Source: Perkinsus chesapeaki ATCC PRA-425 (lineage: Eukaryota; Protista; Perkinsozoa). Taken from it: DNA of 38,398 nt. The position numbers were made by a program, and so were the translations under genes. Location: positions 1 to 38,398 of the forward strand of contig JAAPAO010000334.1 in assembly GCA_013115145.1 (NCBI GenBank), given 5' to 3'. The stretch's first letter is position 1; each line of letters opens with the position of its first letter. Below are positions 1 to 11,021 of this stretch, one piece after another. The notes beneath the pieces are model-generated. The model did no database searches, was not told where the DNA came from, and saw nothing but the letters and a program-made list of their open reading frames with translations.

Positions 1-300
1 TAGTAGTAATAATAAGTAGTTTATTAGTAGTAATAATAAGTAGTTTATTAGTAGTAATAATAAGTAGTTTATTGGTAGTAATAATAAGTAGTTTATTAGT
101 AGTAATAATAAGTAGTTTATTAGTAGTAATAATAAGTAGTTTATCAGTAGTAATAATAAGTAGTTTATTAGTAGTAATAATAGTATCTTTGTAGTAATTA
201 TAAGTAGTTTATTAGTAGTAATAATAAGTAGTTTATTAGGAGTAATAATAGTATCTTTGTAGTAATTATAAGTAGTTTATTAGTAGTAATAATAAGTAGT
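1..300. repeat. AT-rich minisatellite, 24-nt unit TAGTAGTAATAATAAGTAGTTTAT, about 12 copies with variants
   Basis: Tandem repeat read directly from the sequence; probably inside an intron of the CCDC146-like gene. Confidence 0.95.
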
Positions 301-660
301 TGAATACGTATTTAACGTCACAGGTGGTTCAGTAATATCTCATTAGTACTGATTTTTGACGACGCCAGTGCTGCTCCCTCGGGTTGTCTGATTGTGTTCA
401 AAGAGAATAATACCATACGGAGTAGTGAGGCAAGTTGAGGCCACTATATAGTGACAATCGGAGTAATGCTACGGCAAAGACGTAATTGTTAAACCGAGTA
501 ACTACACCATTTGAAGATCTAATTAGTAAAAGCTGATGTCAAATTAATGTAGCCCAGAACAAATTAGTAATCGAGTGTGCAAAGACGTGATAGTTGAAGT
601 GCTTCAATAGTGCTTGGTACAAATGACTTGCAGATGATTGTATTCACTGAGTTGTTCAGG

Positions 661-3600
661 CAGAAGCGAATATACTTAAGAAGGAAGGTAGGATAGCAGA
701 TTTGAGGAATGAGGCACAACCGTTGAAGATGAGACTTCAAATGATAAATGATTCGGTAAGATTAGGAATGACAGTGGAGGGGAGGATCTTTGGTGTTAGA
801 TTGATGTGATGAATCAAGGAATAACTCAGACGAAGTTAAAATTGGCAAATGAAAGAGAAAGGTAAAAATACTGGAACCGAGAATCGAACTCGGGACCTAT
901 CGCGTGTGAGGCGATCGTCATAACCAACTAGACCATTCCAGCTCTGTTTTTCAATTGATATGGAACGCCTGGATCTGCGACCATTGTGGCCTTCCAGATA
1001 CATGGAGGAAGTGTCTCGTAAAGTCGGATTGGATATTCAACTTCGGCAATGCAAGGATAACTTTTTACACGCCCAGGTGAGCGATGCTGTAAGGTGTCGT
1101 TAGTAATGACAGTATTAGAACGAAGCAGTTCGGAAGGATAAGGAATTGTATAGAGCTAAAAGGGATACTAAAAAGGCTATGATTAAGTATGATAGAGCAG
1201 AGGCGGCAATGGAAGCTGTGAAGGTAGTATAATATAATAGAGTATTGTTATAAATCGGAAAAGAAGCCTTTTTGAATATACCTTTTCTTTGATAGACATT
1301 TATATAGAGAAGTACGAAGTTATCTATGTCCTTTTTGATTGAACTTTCATTTGCTAATGCCAGAGATTCCGCTAGGTGGGAGTTGCTAGGGCGGATGGCG
1401 CGTGACTTTTGATTGTGCAGTAGTATGTTACTACTAGACCTTATTGAAGAAGGGGGCGGAGATCAGAATGTGGATTGAGATTTGACGCCTCGCATGCTCA
1501 GGATGAGATGGAAATTGAGCTGAAGGAGAGCGCCAGGTTGGCTGAGGAGGATAAAAAACAGGAATCTTTAATTGAAGAAGTTCAAGCAGAAGTTGATATA
1601 TTCATGGGAGCATTTATGAAACAGGAAAATATGGATCATCATAAAAGTAGATATCCTGGTAAAGATGGATGCTATGTATGCCTGTCAGAGCTTGATTATG
1701 AAGGATTAGTGGCGAGGAGCGGGGACCAACAAAGGGAGCTTCAAGTAGACTATACAGGGGGTTCATGCTCTTCCGAAACTATATTTGTAAAATCGTTGGG
1801 AATTTGGGGGAATATTGACAATATTATATTGTCGAGGTAGTCCGTGCTGATATGTAGTCTAATAACGTCAAGTGGACCGGGTTCCGAAAATAGACATTCC
1901 GTGGGATCGGGAAGAGGGATTGAAATTATGGTGTTAAATGTCCCTTGAATCTCCTCTGGGTTGTAATGTCGATTATATAGGCCCTTGGAAAAGCTGAGGC
2001 GGCTGCCGAGCAAAGAGTACGGTTCTTAGTGAGTCAAAGGGAGAAATTAAATAGAGATACGATGATGGTTGCCAAACTATGCAAACAAACGCTAGGAGAG
2101 GTATGAAAGGTAGATTACGATGGCGAGCGATGATGTAGACGGAGTAGATACAGATGAAGATGTCACAGGAGGCAGACCAGAGGAGAAAACTCGAAGGGTG
2201 TGGGGTGCGACAAAAGGAGTGCCGCTCGGCTTATGAGATAATCAAGAACGAACGCAATAAGTATGGATCTTGAAATCTTAGGGACACTTGCGTTTCCTCA
2301 ACGCAGATATTTGAATTTGATACAAGCTGCTTCGCAAAGGGTGAGTGAGATGCAGGAGAAGTACCGGATATTGAATAGTGAAGCGGATGTGTTACGGGGG
2401 GAGAGCTACTCCAAGGATAAGGCATTGACGAAGACAAAGGCGGCAGCATTAAAGTAGATGCTGTGTTATGCGGTTAATGTTGATGCGGGGTTGGCAGGCA
2501 AAGGGGGATTAGAGACCGGCTGCTGGGAGAGTATAACGAGATGTCGAGTACGGGACATGAATTGAATAATGCGGTGATCCGACGAGACGAATATATTGGA
2601 TCCAATGGGATGATCGATCGTTTAGGTTGAACAAAATGTCGTTGGTATTGATAATCTAAATTATATGATCAACACTCTGGAGAAAAAGTTGGAGGATATT
2701 GGGGAGAGGTGAGTGTGTTGAGAGGTGACGCCAGGGTGGATATCGGAAAGGAAATGTTGATTTAAGGCGTATCATGCTGTTTGCTCGGAGTCAGCAACGG
2801 AGTCATGGAAACTCGGGAACGGAAGTTATTGCGAAAAAATCAATCTAAAAATCCATATCTAGGAAGAGTTGGACGTTGATTTTCTAATCAGATATGAGAA
2901 AGCTTTGGAAGTGCGTAACTTCACGGGAGTACAACTGATAGATAGAAATGATGAGCTATGTGTTCTGTGGGAGAAACATAATATCCTGGAAGGGATGACA
3001 GCTAAGGTAGTAGAAAGGGTTGCTAGTACAGAGACAGAAAAGTATGGGAACTGCTATAGGGGGTAAATCTGTCCATAGATACAGTCCATGGGAACTGCTA
3101 TAGGGGGTAAATCTGTCCATGCATACAGTCCATGGGAACTGCTATAGGGGGTTAATCTGTCCATAGATACAGTCCATGGGAACTGCTATAGGGGGTAAAT
3201 CTGTCCATAGATACAGTCCTTGGGAACTGTTAGTGTCAATCGATTCGACATCACCAGAAACTTAACTTTCGACTGTGAACATCTAGGAGATGTCATGTGA
3301 ACTTGTTTCAGCCCATTTCAGACTCGCTGGGATTCTGGGGTTGGCTAGGGAGCGTGATATGTATATATTTGGACTATACCAGACTCTGCTAACCAGAGTA
3401 ACATGCGTCGTGTTTGATATTTATTGTTTTTTCTGCAGTTGCAAGGCATCCATCGAACGATATCGATTTTGGCGGTAGACTGTTCGTTCCTCTCAGGGGT
3501 CCGTTTCTATGCTCAAGTTATCGGAAGAAATAAAACAAAAATCGCTTGCAGCAAATCAACTTCGGGGAGATGTAGTAGCTAGAGGTGTCAGAAAAAGGGA

Positions 3601-6600
3601 TGACCGTGGGGACTCTTCAGCTCGATGTCATTAAAAACCAGCTACACGCAGCGACACTGCGAGATGGTATAGATCGTGAAGGCGAGCGAGCTTTGCAGTC
3701 TGGTAATAATAAGAAATGCTACGAAGGCACGTTTTATAAATTTAATGTTATTACGGCGCGAAATATTCCGGACAATCGTATCATTGTTGGATTTCATATG
3801 AAGATATTTTTTTCTTACTAACTTGGCCTCTCCAGTGAAATTTGTGAATGGTCATTGCCAGCGCGCAGAGCCTATATTAATACAGAGATGGATCCTGTCG
3901 CATTTTAATCGGCGGATTTCAGTTGGAATTCACCCGTCGAGTGTCGGCTCGGGGCCCCTATCGATAGGCGAGAGAGACGCAGCATCTGTAGTTGATAGGA
4001 TGAAGGTGATGACGAATTTTATGGCGCGCGGTAATTGGCGTCAATAGGAGCAATTGGCCGCGTTGACAGAGAAGTCTGGGACGTTGTCGAAGGAATTGGA
4101 GGATCCGAATAGTCGATTTAGGAAATGGAGGGAGCTCGAGGGAAAGGTGGGGAAAAGATCCAGCGGACCTTCAACACCAGATGCTCATCTAACACCCTTA
4201 TAGAAATGAGCTCCGTGAGGAGAAAAAAGTGTTGCTGAAGCGGAGATATAATAGAAGCTCTTTAACAACTGTTTTTGGGGAACATCAAATAGTCCTTCGG
4301 ATGTTCTTCTATAGCTCTGTTCAACTCCTTCCGATTACCAGGGAGCATTTTATTTTTACTGCACCTTTGCCGCGGTGCAGTTGGGAAGATTGTATTTTCA
4401 GGATCTTGACTTTGAGATTTTAGCCGCTAAAATACGTTTATTGGAGGAGCGACTGAATGATAAGAAGGAAGCTCTACTGGAGAAGGTGCTAATATGAGGG
4501 AAACAAACCAACATTGAAAATGCAGTATACTTCATCTTGGTATTGAGAATGAAATTAATTGAAATTTGTGGAGAGCAAAGCAGTAGGGTGAGAAGGTGTT
4601 TATAAGATCCACCAATTGGAAAAAAGTCCGATGGAATTTTGGTATTGTAATTTAACTCTAATTAGTCGATGCTGTTAAGTGCGTGAGAAATTAGTGTGGT
4701 TCTGTTGACTAGTTCATTAGTGTGGTCTATTAGTGTGGTTCTGTTGACTAGTTCATTAGTGTGGTCTATTAGTGTGGTATTGNNNNNNNNNNNNNNNNNN
4801 NNNNNNNNNNNNNNNNNNNNNNNNNNNNNNNNNNNNNNNNNNNNNNNNNNNNNNNNNNNNNNNNNNNNNNNNNNNNNNNNNGTTGACTAGTTCATTAGTG
4901 TGGTCTATTAGTGTGGTATTGTTGACTAGTTTATTAGTGTGGTCTATTAGTGTGATTCTGTTGACTAGTTTATTAGTGTGGTCTATTAGTGTGGTTCTGT
5001 TGACTAGTTCATTAGTGTGGTCTATTAGTGTGGTTCTGTTGACTAGTTCATTAGTGTGGTCTATTAGTGTGGTATTGTTGACTAGTTCATTAGTGTGGTC
5101 TATTAGTGTGGTATTGTTGACTAGTTTATTAGTGTGGTCTATTAGTGTGGTTCTGTTGACTAGTTGATTAGTGTGGTTGGAAAAAACTCAGGTTCTTGAA
5201 TATTAGTTGTATTATAAAGGAAGAGCAATGGGGCAATACCATCATTTTTAGTTATTAATTTATATACTATATATTTTGTTTTAGGACTTGGTGCTGGAAG
5301 AGTTGGAGCCGCTGTGCATGAAGCTTAAAGCACAAGTTGAAAGTGGCAAAGAGGAGAAACTGGCGTTGATGCAGAAGGTAGTGGTTAATTATGTGGCGCG
5401 TGAGAATGCGCGATGTAGGTTAACTCTCTACAGCAGAATCTTCGTGATTTGACCAAGAGGTTGATGTCGACCGTATCTGAGTTGTCGATGTATCAAGCCA
5501 CGGCGATCGAGGGAGAGGGGGAGAATAGTAGATTACAGGATGTGATTAATGAAGCCTTGGAGAGGCTTAGACAGGGAGAAGTAGTAATCGGGAAGGCACC
5601 GAGCATCACGGCTCGATGGGCTGGGTGCGTGATTCGCTAGATTATGTTGCCGGCGGGGTCGGGAAAGGGTTCCTTGCATGGATGTAGGATTAAGATTTTT
5701 GAAAGCTCAATGGGAAGGTTTAATTTTGCGGATAGGTTTGTAAATAGAATGCATTCCCTCTAAGAATGTTGACACTGACCTTCTGGTGGTCAGGACATCG
5801 CTGTTTCGCTGTTACTTGGTTAAGTTCCGTTGGCTTGCATCAAACAAAGCGGATTTTGGGGGAGATTTTTTGTAAAGTTACTTTCCTCGCCAAAACACTT
5901 GCCAAAGGGAGATTTTAGGCAACGAGCCCGAATGGCTTGCTACTAGGTATTATAAGTCTATGAGATAGTACAGAGCAATATTATATAGAGTATCTATTAT
6001 AATAAGTATTAGTAATCATAATAATAGCACCAATCGTGTAATAGCAATCAATATAATGAGTATTATAATCATTATGATTATAATATAATAATGATGTATC
6101 AGTTTTATATAATATATTCAGCGAATAGGTATCAATAAATGGGGTGTAAGTTATTCCTAGTGCGACCATACAGCGCCAAAATTTTCAATAGAAGATATTT
6201 TTTCCGAAAGGTGTCAGAATAATAGTATTATGATTATTGAACTGTAGTCGCCTTATATTAATGAGGTTATTACTAGCAATAGTCAATCACTCTATCGCAG
6301 CTTCGGGCGAATCAATAACTCTTTAGGATGAAGCGTCTGAAGGTGGTGGCGCCATAGCCCCGTTCCCGGGGGTGTCGGAGGCATTGCTGGATAAAGCGAT
6401 GAGAGCAGAAGGATTGGCGATTGAACAACAGGAAGAGAGGGAAAGAATGAAAAAGGAGAGAGACGAGGCAAATGATCCTAATTTTGTCCGGTGAGAATTT
6501 TGTGGCGCGCGGTCTTTTTGATGAGGTTGGGAATTTGAATATTCCCGGGAAGGGTTTTAAAACTCGGAAAAAACTATTGCAAAAATGATCGTCAGTTTCT

Positions 6601-6911
6601 GGTTGCGATTGTTCATAGCTATTTGGGTGGTTCCCGGATAAGGTAAGTTATTGCTTACTGGTGGCCTCGTGGTGACTCTGGAAAATCGGTGTATGATATT
6701 ATTATCGTGACACTCAATAGATTAGCAGTCGTATTGGGAGTATCTTAGGTCGACGGCTGCTCGTCGGTTACAGCAGTACATTCCGGATGATGGAAGTATT
6801 GGACTGCCGAGAGCCTATGGAGCTCATGCGCCATTTCTGCCATCACAACCGGGAGCAAACATGAGACATATTAGAAAGCCTGTTGAAAAGAAATCAATAA
6901 TCGATTTCTGA
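661..6911 (+). CDS. CCDC146: CCDC146/MBO2-like coiled-coil flagellar protein, multi-exon; 5' end uncertain and probably outside the window
   Basis: Spliced exons give family-typical segments: RNFTGVQLIDRNDELCVLWEK (about 2910-2975), LEDPNSRFRKWRELEGK/DLDFEILAAKIRLLEERLNDKKEALLEK, TKRLMSTVSELSMYQATA, and the C-terminus YIPDDGSIGLPRAYGAHAPFLPSQPGANMRHIRKP...IDF* (TGA 6909-6911). Not every exon was resolved. Confidence 0.8.
869..942 (-). tRNA. tRNA-Val(CAC), antisense within intron 862-997 of the CCDC146-like gene
   Basis: Full cloverleaf: acceptor GCTGGAA/TTCCAGT, anticodon arm ATCGC-CTCACAC-GCGAT, T-arm CCGAG-TTCGATT-CTCGG, discriminator A, then a TTTTT terminator. Confidence 0.95.
3044..3229. 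repeat. Intronic minisatellite, 44-nt unit ATGGGAACTGCTATAGGGGGTAAATCTGTCCATAGATACAGTCC, 4 copies plus a partial
   Basis: Read directly from the sequence. Confidence 0.95.
4690..5178. repeat. Intronic minisatellite, 39-nt unit ATTAGTGTGGTTCTGTTGACTAGTTCATTAGTGTGGTCT, spanning N gap 4783-4881
   Basis: Read directly; it produces the spurious SVVLLTSSLVWSI repeat ORFs. Confidence 0.95.
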
Positions 6912-6946
6912 GTCGTGATGATGATTTAGTGTTGAGTTGATGTGAT

Positions 6947-6971
6947 GCTGGTTCAATTCTTGGCAGGGGCA
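6947..6971 (+). pseudogene. Degenerate tRNA 3' fragment (T-arm plus acceptor 3' strand), intergenic
   Basis: GCTGG-TTCAATT-CTTGG-CAGGGGC-A then CTTT. The register is correct (5+7+1 nt after the T-loop), the B-box is intact and the T-stem is mispaired. Confidence 0.45.
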
Positions 6972-7132
6972 CTTTAATTTATATCTTTTCAATAATTCTT
7001 GGCGACCCTATAGGCTTTGCTCTTTGGAAGGGTGAATATTTCGGCGGTCTACTGTTATGAAAAAATACACACTTTCTGGGTCACCAACAAGTGGTTTTAA
7101 TTAAGGATGGTTTATTCATATTTATTCGAAAA

Positions 7133-7171
7133 GGGAGGTACCTAGGTTCGAACCTGCGTGGTCATTTGCAG
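7133..7171 (-). pseudogene. tRNA-Cys(GCA)-like 3'-half relic, antisense, just upstream of the MYST start codon
   Basis: Reverse complement CTGCAAA-TGACCAC-GCAGG-TTCGAAC-CTAGG-TACCTCC-C has a GCA anticodon loop and resembles eukaryotic tRNA-Cys 3' ends (AGGTGCCCCCT). Confidence 0.55.
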
Positions 7172-7181
7172 TGATTCGGTT

Positions 7182-9981
7182 ATGTCATCTCATCACCCAA
7201 GTTCAGGAGGTCCCATTAGTTCGTCCAGTAGTGCGACACCGCCGACAACAGATCCAGAGTCCAATGACCCAAATAATGCAAATATGCGGTGAGCCGGGAT
7301 CGAACCTGTGCCCTTCAGAATGAAAGTTGAACGTTTTATCTCTGTTCAGGAAACGTCATCGGCATTATCAACTCACACCGGCCGCTGTAGCTGGGCAGGC
7401 GGAGGCTTTGGCGAAGGAGTTTGAACATGCGTTACCGGTAGGAAGGTTTGAAGGGAAAGTTCATCGGAAATTTCATAATTTCCGTAGAAGGGATGACCAT
7501 ATAGTGACTTTGGCACGTTACAATCGATTTATCACTTAGTAGCGCCGGCCATTCTTTTATTACATTCAAGAGTCCAGTAGTTCTTTAGTGGATTATTGAA
7601 CGGATGAAAGATAAGGAAGTTCGAGGAACTTTAGAAAGATATTCTCCGATTTGACCTGTGAGAATTCCGCCTGGGGGGGGAGGAAATAAACTGGTGCGAT
7701 CAAAAGTTGTGTGGGCACGCTTCGCGCGCGTGGGGGTGGAACTGGTGTTTCGTTCAGCGATCATAAAAATGTATTTTAATAATTTCTTTTAGGTTGGTAC
7801 CACTATTAAGTGTCGAATGGTCGAGTTGGACCAATGGCGTCGAGGTACAATAGTGAGCATACGGAGAAGGGAAACCCTACCCGAAGATCATCCATTATTG
7901 AGTGTAAGGGGGTGTAGGTCGCAGGTTCGATTCCCAGTCGGGGTATTTTAACTAGGCGGAAGATCACGATTATTACGTACATTTTCAACGAATGAATCGA
8001 CGACACGATCGGTGGATTAAATGGGAAGATATTAAAGTCGGTGATGGATCAGAGAATGTCAGCGAATCTAATGGAGTTAGCGCTCCAGGTAAATCTTGCT
8101 CATCTTGCTCGTTCTTGCAATTCCTCAACGTGTTCCTTTCAGCATCGGTGTCCTTGCCGGTTGATGATGATTATAGTGATGAATCTGATCATGAGGGAAT
8201 GGGAAATGAGGAGCTTGTCAGCTGGGAGAAGGCCACCCGGGTTAAGCGGATTCAAAAGATATTTTTTCACAAGTTGGTTGCAGCGGCGGAAGTGTGCAAT
8301 TTTGTGGAATATGTTGATTTAGGTACATCTTCGACGCGTGGTATTGGGCACCTTTTCCGGAAGAATATCAAGATTTAGATATTTTATATTTTTGCGAGTT
8401 CTGTCTGAAGTTTTTCGAGTAAGTGAGTTGCTCCTAGTCGGACGAAACTGCTGGCGAATCATCCATGGTTGTGGAAGGGGCTGAGCTTCTTAAGCCTCTT
8501 TAAGGGAGCTGGTGCTACGCGCTTTCCTAGTGGGAGTGGAATCGTATCTCTTCGCCAGCTTTGGGAAGTTTGATAGCTTCGAGGTAAATTTCCTTGGAGT
8601 GTTATAATCCAGAAGTGTCTATCGGTGTGATTGAGGTGCACGCCTAGAGGTGAAAACTTATCACGCTGACTGTCATGAAAGTCTGACTCCCAGTATAGCT
8701 CCATTCGGCTTGGAATGGAGCGACGTACGGAATGTCATCTCACATTTCAGGGATTTACTTTTATGTGTAAAACTTCGAGATTGTTCGATTCTTCTCAGAA
8801 TGTCGTCTAGCCTCACAGGAATGTGTGGGGGGAGGCAGAGAGTGATCCTAATGCAAAATCCTTTTGCTAGAAAATACGTTTCTCGGCCGGAAGGAAGCGG
8901 CCTTCTGGGAGAATCGATTCCTTCGCATTTTTGTTTCTCACTTTAGCACTCGTGAAGGTCTAGTGTGTCACATGAATCGATGCATCCATCGGAGACCTCC
9001 AGGCGATGAGATCTACAAGGACCCAATTCAGCGAATATCTGTCTTCGAAGTTGATGGTTACTTTCAACGAGTTTATTGCGAAAATATATGTTATCTCTCT
9101 AAGTTGTTTTTGGACCATAAAAGATTCGATCGGTTTACTGTCAACGAGTTTTTCTTCTACGTACTGTGCGACTGGGGTCAGAACGGCGAGTATCATTTCC
9201 GAGGATATTTCTCCAAAGACAAAATAGTGACCCATCGTAACCTGTCCTGTATTATGTCCTTACCATGCTTCCAACGAAGAGGCATCGGCAGTTTCCTGAT
9301 TGATTTTTCTTACGAACTTTCGAGGAGAAGCAAGCAAATTGGGTCACCGGAGCGACCTCTGTCGGATCTCGGCAAGCGGACGTATCTTCGTTATTGGCTG
9401 AGCAAGATTCTTGATTTGTTGATGTGCCGCACTGTAAAGGATCCTATTAGTGTCCAAATGCTGTCCGAAATGACGTATATTAAGGAAGATGATATTATAA
9501 TGTAAGTATTGTGTGCTGGCTGTCCCCTTTTTGCTAGCGGCGCTTGTATTTGTGAAAATTATTTTGTCGGGAAGTTTGAACCACTTTTTAAACTAAATCT
9601 GCAGGTTGAGCTCATCTAAAGTGTATTACTCGACATGAGCCTATCATGAGTTGCTAAATCACATTGAAAGTTTTCTTCTTTCCGGGCCAAGGGTTGAATT
9701 TCGTGGCGCAGTGACGGTGATGTATGTCAGGACGTTGACAGAATATAATCTTCTAGTGTATTATAAAGGTAATCATCATATAGCAATCCCTCCATGGAAG
9801 ATAAAGAAGCTTTATAAGCCTCCATCAGAAAACCATTTAAAGTAAGTAGAGATGCAGTCCGTGGGATTCGAACCAGGGACCTTTCGATTACTAGCTGCTA
9901 GTACAGTGCTTCAGGATCCATCCCGAGTTCCTACATTGGGTGCCCTTGCGACTGCCGGCTGCTGAGATGATTTCATCCTGA
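7182..9981 (+). CDS. MYST-family histone acetyltransferase (MOF/Tip60/HAM-like) with N-terminal chromo (Tudor-knot) domain and C2HC zinc finger; about 9 exons
   Basis: Introns 7289-7349, 7438-7792, 7904-7955, about 8089-8142, about 8273-8322, 8419-8946, 9502-9730 and 9842-9914 splice in frame. The product reads VGTTIKCR..., [21 protein letters not shown]...[23 protein letters not shown]...[48 protein letters not shown] and [12 protein letters not shown]. Confidence 0.93.
7285..7340 (-). pseudogene. tRNA-Phe-like 3'-half relic, antisense, filling MYST intron 1
   Basis: Reverse complement ...TTCAA-CTTTCAT-TCTGAAGGGC-ACAGG-TTCGATC-CCGGC-TCACCGC-A. TCTGAAGG, TTCGATCC and GCTCACCGCA match the plant/protist-type tRNA-Phe 3' half as I recall it; the anticodon loop has diverged. 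Confidence 0.65.
7914..7949 (+). pseudogene. tRNA 3' fragment in sense orientation inside the 52-nt MYST intron 7904-7955
   Basis: AGGTC-GCAGG-TTCGATT-CCCAG-TCGGGGT-A followed immediately by a TTTT terminator; T-stem mispaired. Confidence 0.6.
9853..9894 (-). pseudogene. tRNA-Thr(AGT)-like 3'-half relic, antisense, in the last MYST intron (9842-9914)
   Basis: Reverse complement CTAGTAA-TCGAA-AGGTC-CCTGG-TTCGAAT-CCCAC-GGACTGC-A. Anticodon loop, stem, variable loop, T-arm and acceptor strand have canonical lengths; the 5' half is absent. Confidence 0.65.
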
Positions 9982-10249
9982 CTATTATGTACACTTTTAC
10001 ACGTTGAATTCTGTATATTTTCTGGCGCGTGACTGTTGGGTCAATTTGGTGCTTTAGAAGCACTATAGAAGGCATATATTATCACATAGTAGAGCTCACG
10101 GACTTCGGATAGGGCTTGTAAAATTAATAATGAATTATTTTGATAATAGTATTTGCCATATTGGTAATGATAATGTAACTTGTTCGTACTCACCAAAAAA
10201 TAGGCTTCACTCTAGCTGCTGTGAACCAAGCCGAACGATACATCTCGCT

Positions 10250-10612
10250 GTTGTTCCTTATAGAGTGTTATATTCACTCTTTAATGGCTGGTTTAGTTGT
10301 TCCTTATAGAGTGTTATATTCACTCTTTAATGGCTGGTTTAGTTGTTCCTTATAGAGTGTTATATCCACTCTTTAATGGCTGGTTTAGTTGTTCCTTATA
10401 GAGTGTTATATTCACTCTTTAATGGCTGGTTTAGTTGTTCNNNNNNNNNNNNNNNNNNNNNNNNNNNNNNNNNNNNNNNNNNNNNNNNNNNNNNNNNNNN
10501 NNNNNNNNNNNNNNNNNNNNNNNNNNNNNNNNNNNNNTGTTATATCCACTCTTTAATGGCTGGTTTAGTTGTTCCTTATAGAGTGTTATATTCACTCTTT
10601 AATGGCTGGTTT
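10250..10612. repeat. Minisatellite, 46-nt unit GTTGTTCCTTATAGAGTGTTATATTCACTCTTTAATGGCTGGTTTA, spanning N gap 10441-10537
   Basis: Read directly; each unit contains an internal inverted repeat AGAGTG-N7-CACTCT; there are no spacers. Confidence 0.95.
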
Positions 10613-11021
10613 TTTCTCCTCAACGGCTTTAAGAAGCCTCAGTTCAGCAGCACTTGGCGCCTTAGCGACTGGAGGTGAGCTATACCGCTCAATAATATTT
10701 TATTAATCCTTACTTCTATATTATGTGCCGCTCGATTCGTCGTCTTTTTGGCTGCTCTTTGATCAATTCTCGATTACCAGTTCTGAAATAGTTACTGTGT
10801 GAAACAATCTCATCAACCCCATAAAGGCCTTTGCTTGTTTAATCGCTCTCCTCCATCGGCGGAGATTTACGTGGTGAACTGCGGGACATTTTCGCCCCAA
10901 TCCGTGCTTGCCTGGATGATCCATAAAAACTCTTTACCCAACCGATTTCATTCGATAATTCATCTTTCTGACTTCTCCTTACCTCGAACCTTCCCTTTAT
11001 TGTTTGCAACTCTTCCCATAG

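Noticed and set aside
4696-5167. Repetitive ORFs (SVVLLTSSLVWSI)n, and similar ORFs at 10343-10678 and 13854-14048
   Set aside because: They are translations of minisatellites across N gaps, two of them inside introns.
8419-8946. ORFs 8459-8704 (-) and 8650-8946 (+)
   Set aside because: They lie within a MYST intron and have no recognisable domains.
10250-10612. CRISPR-like array (repeat with internal hairpin)
   Set aside because: Units are contiguous with no unique spacers, there are no cas genes, and the context is eukaryotic.
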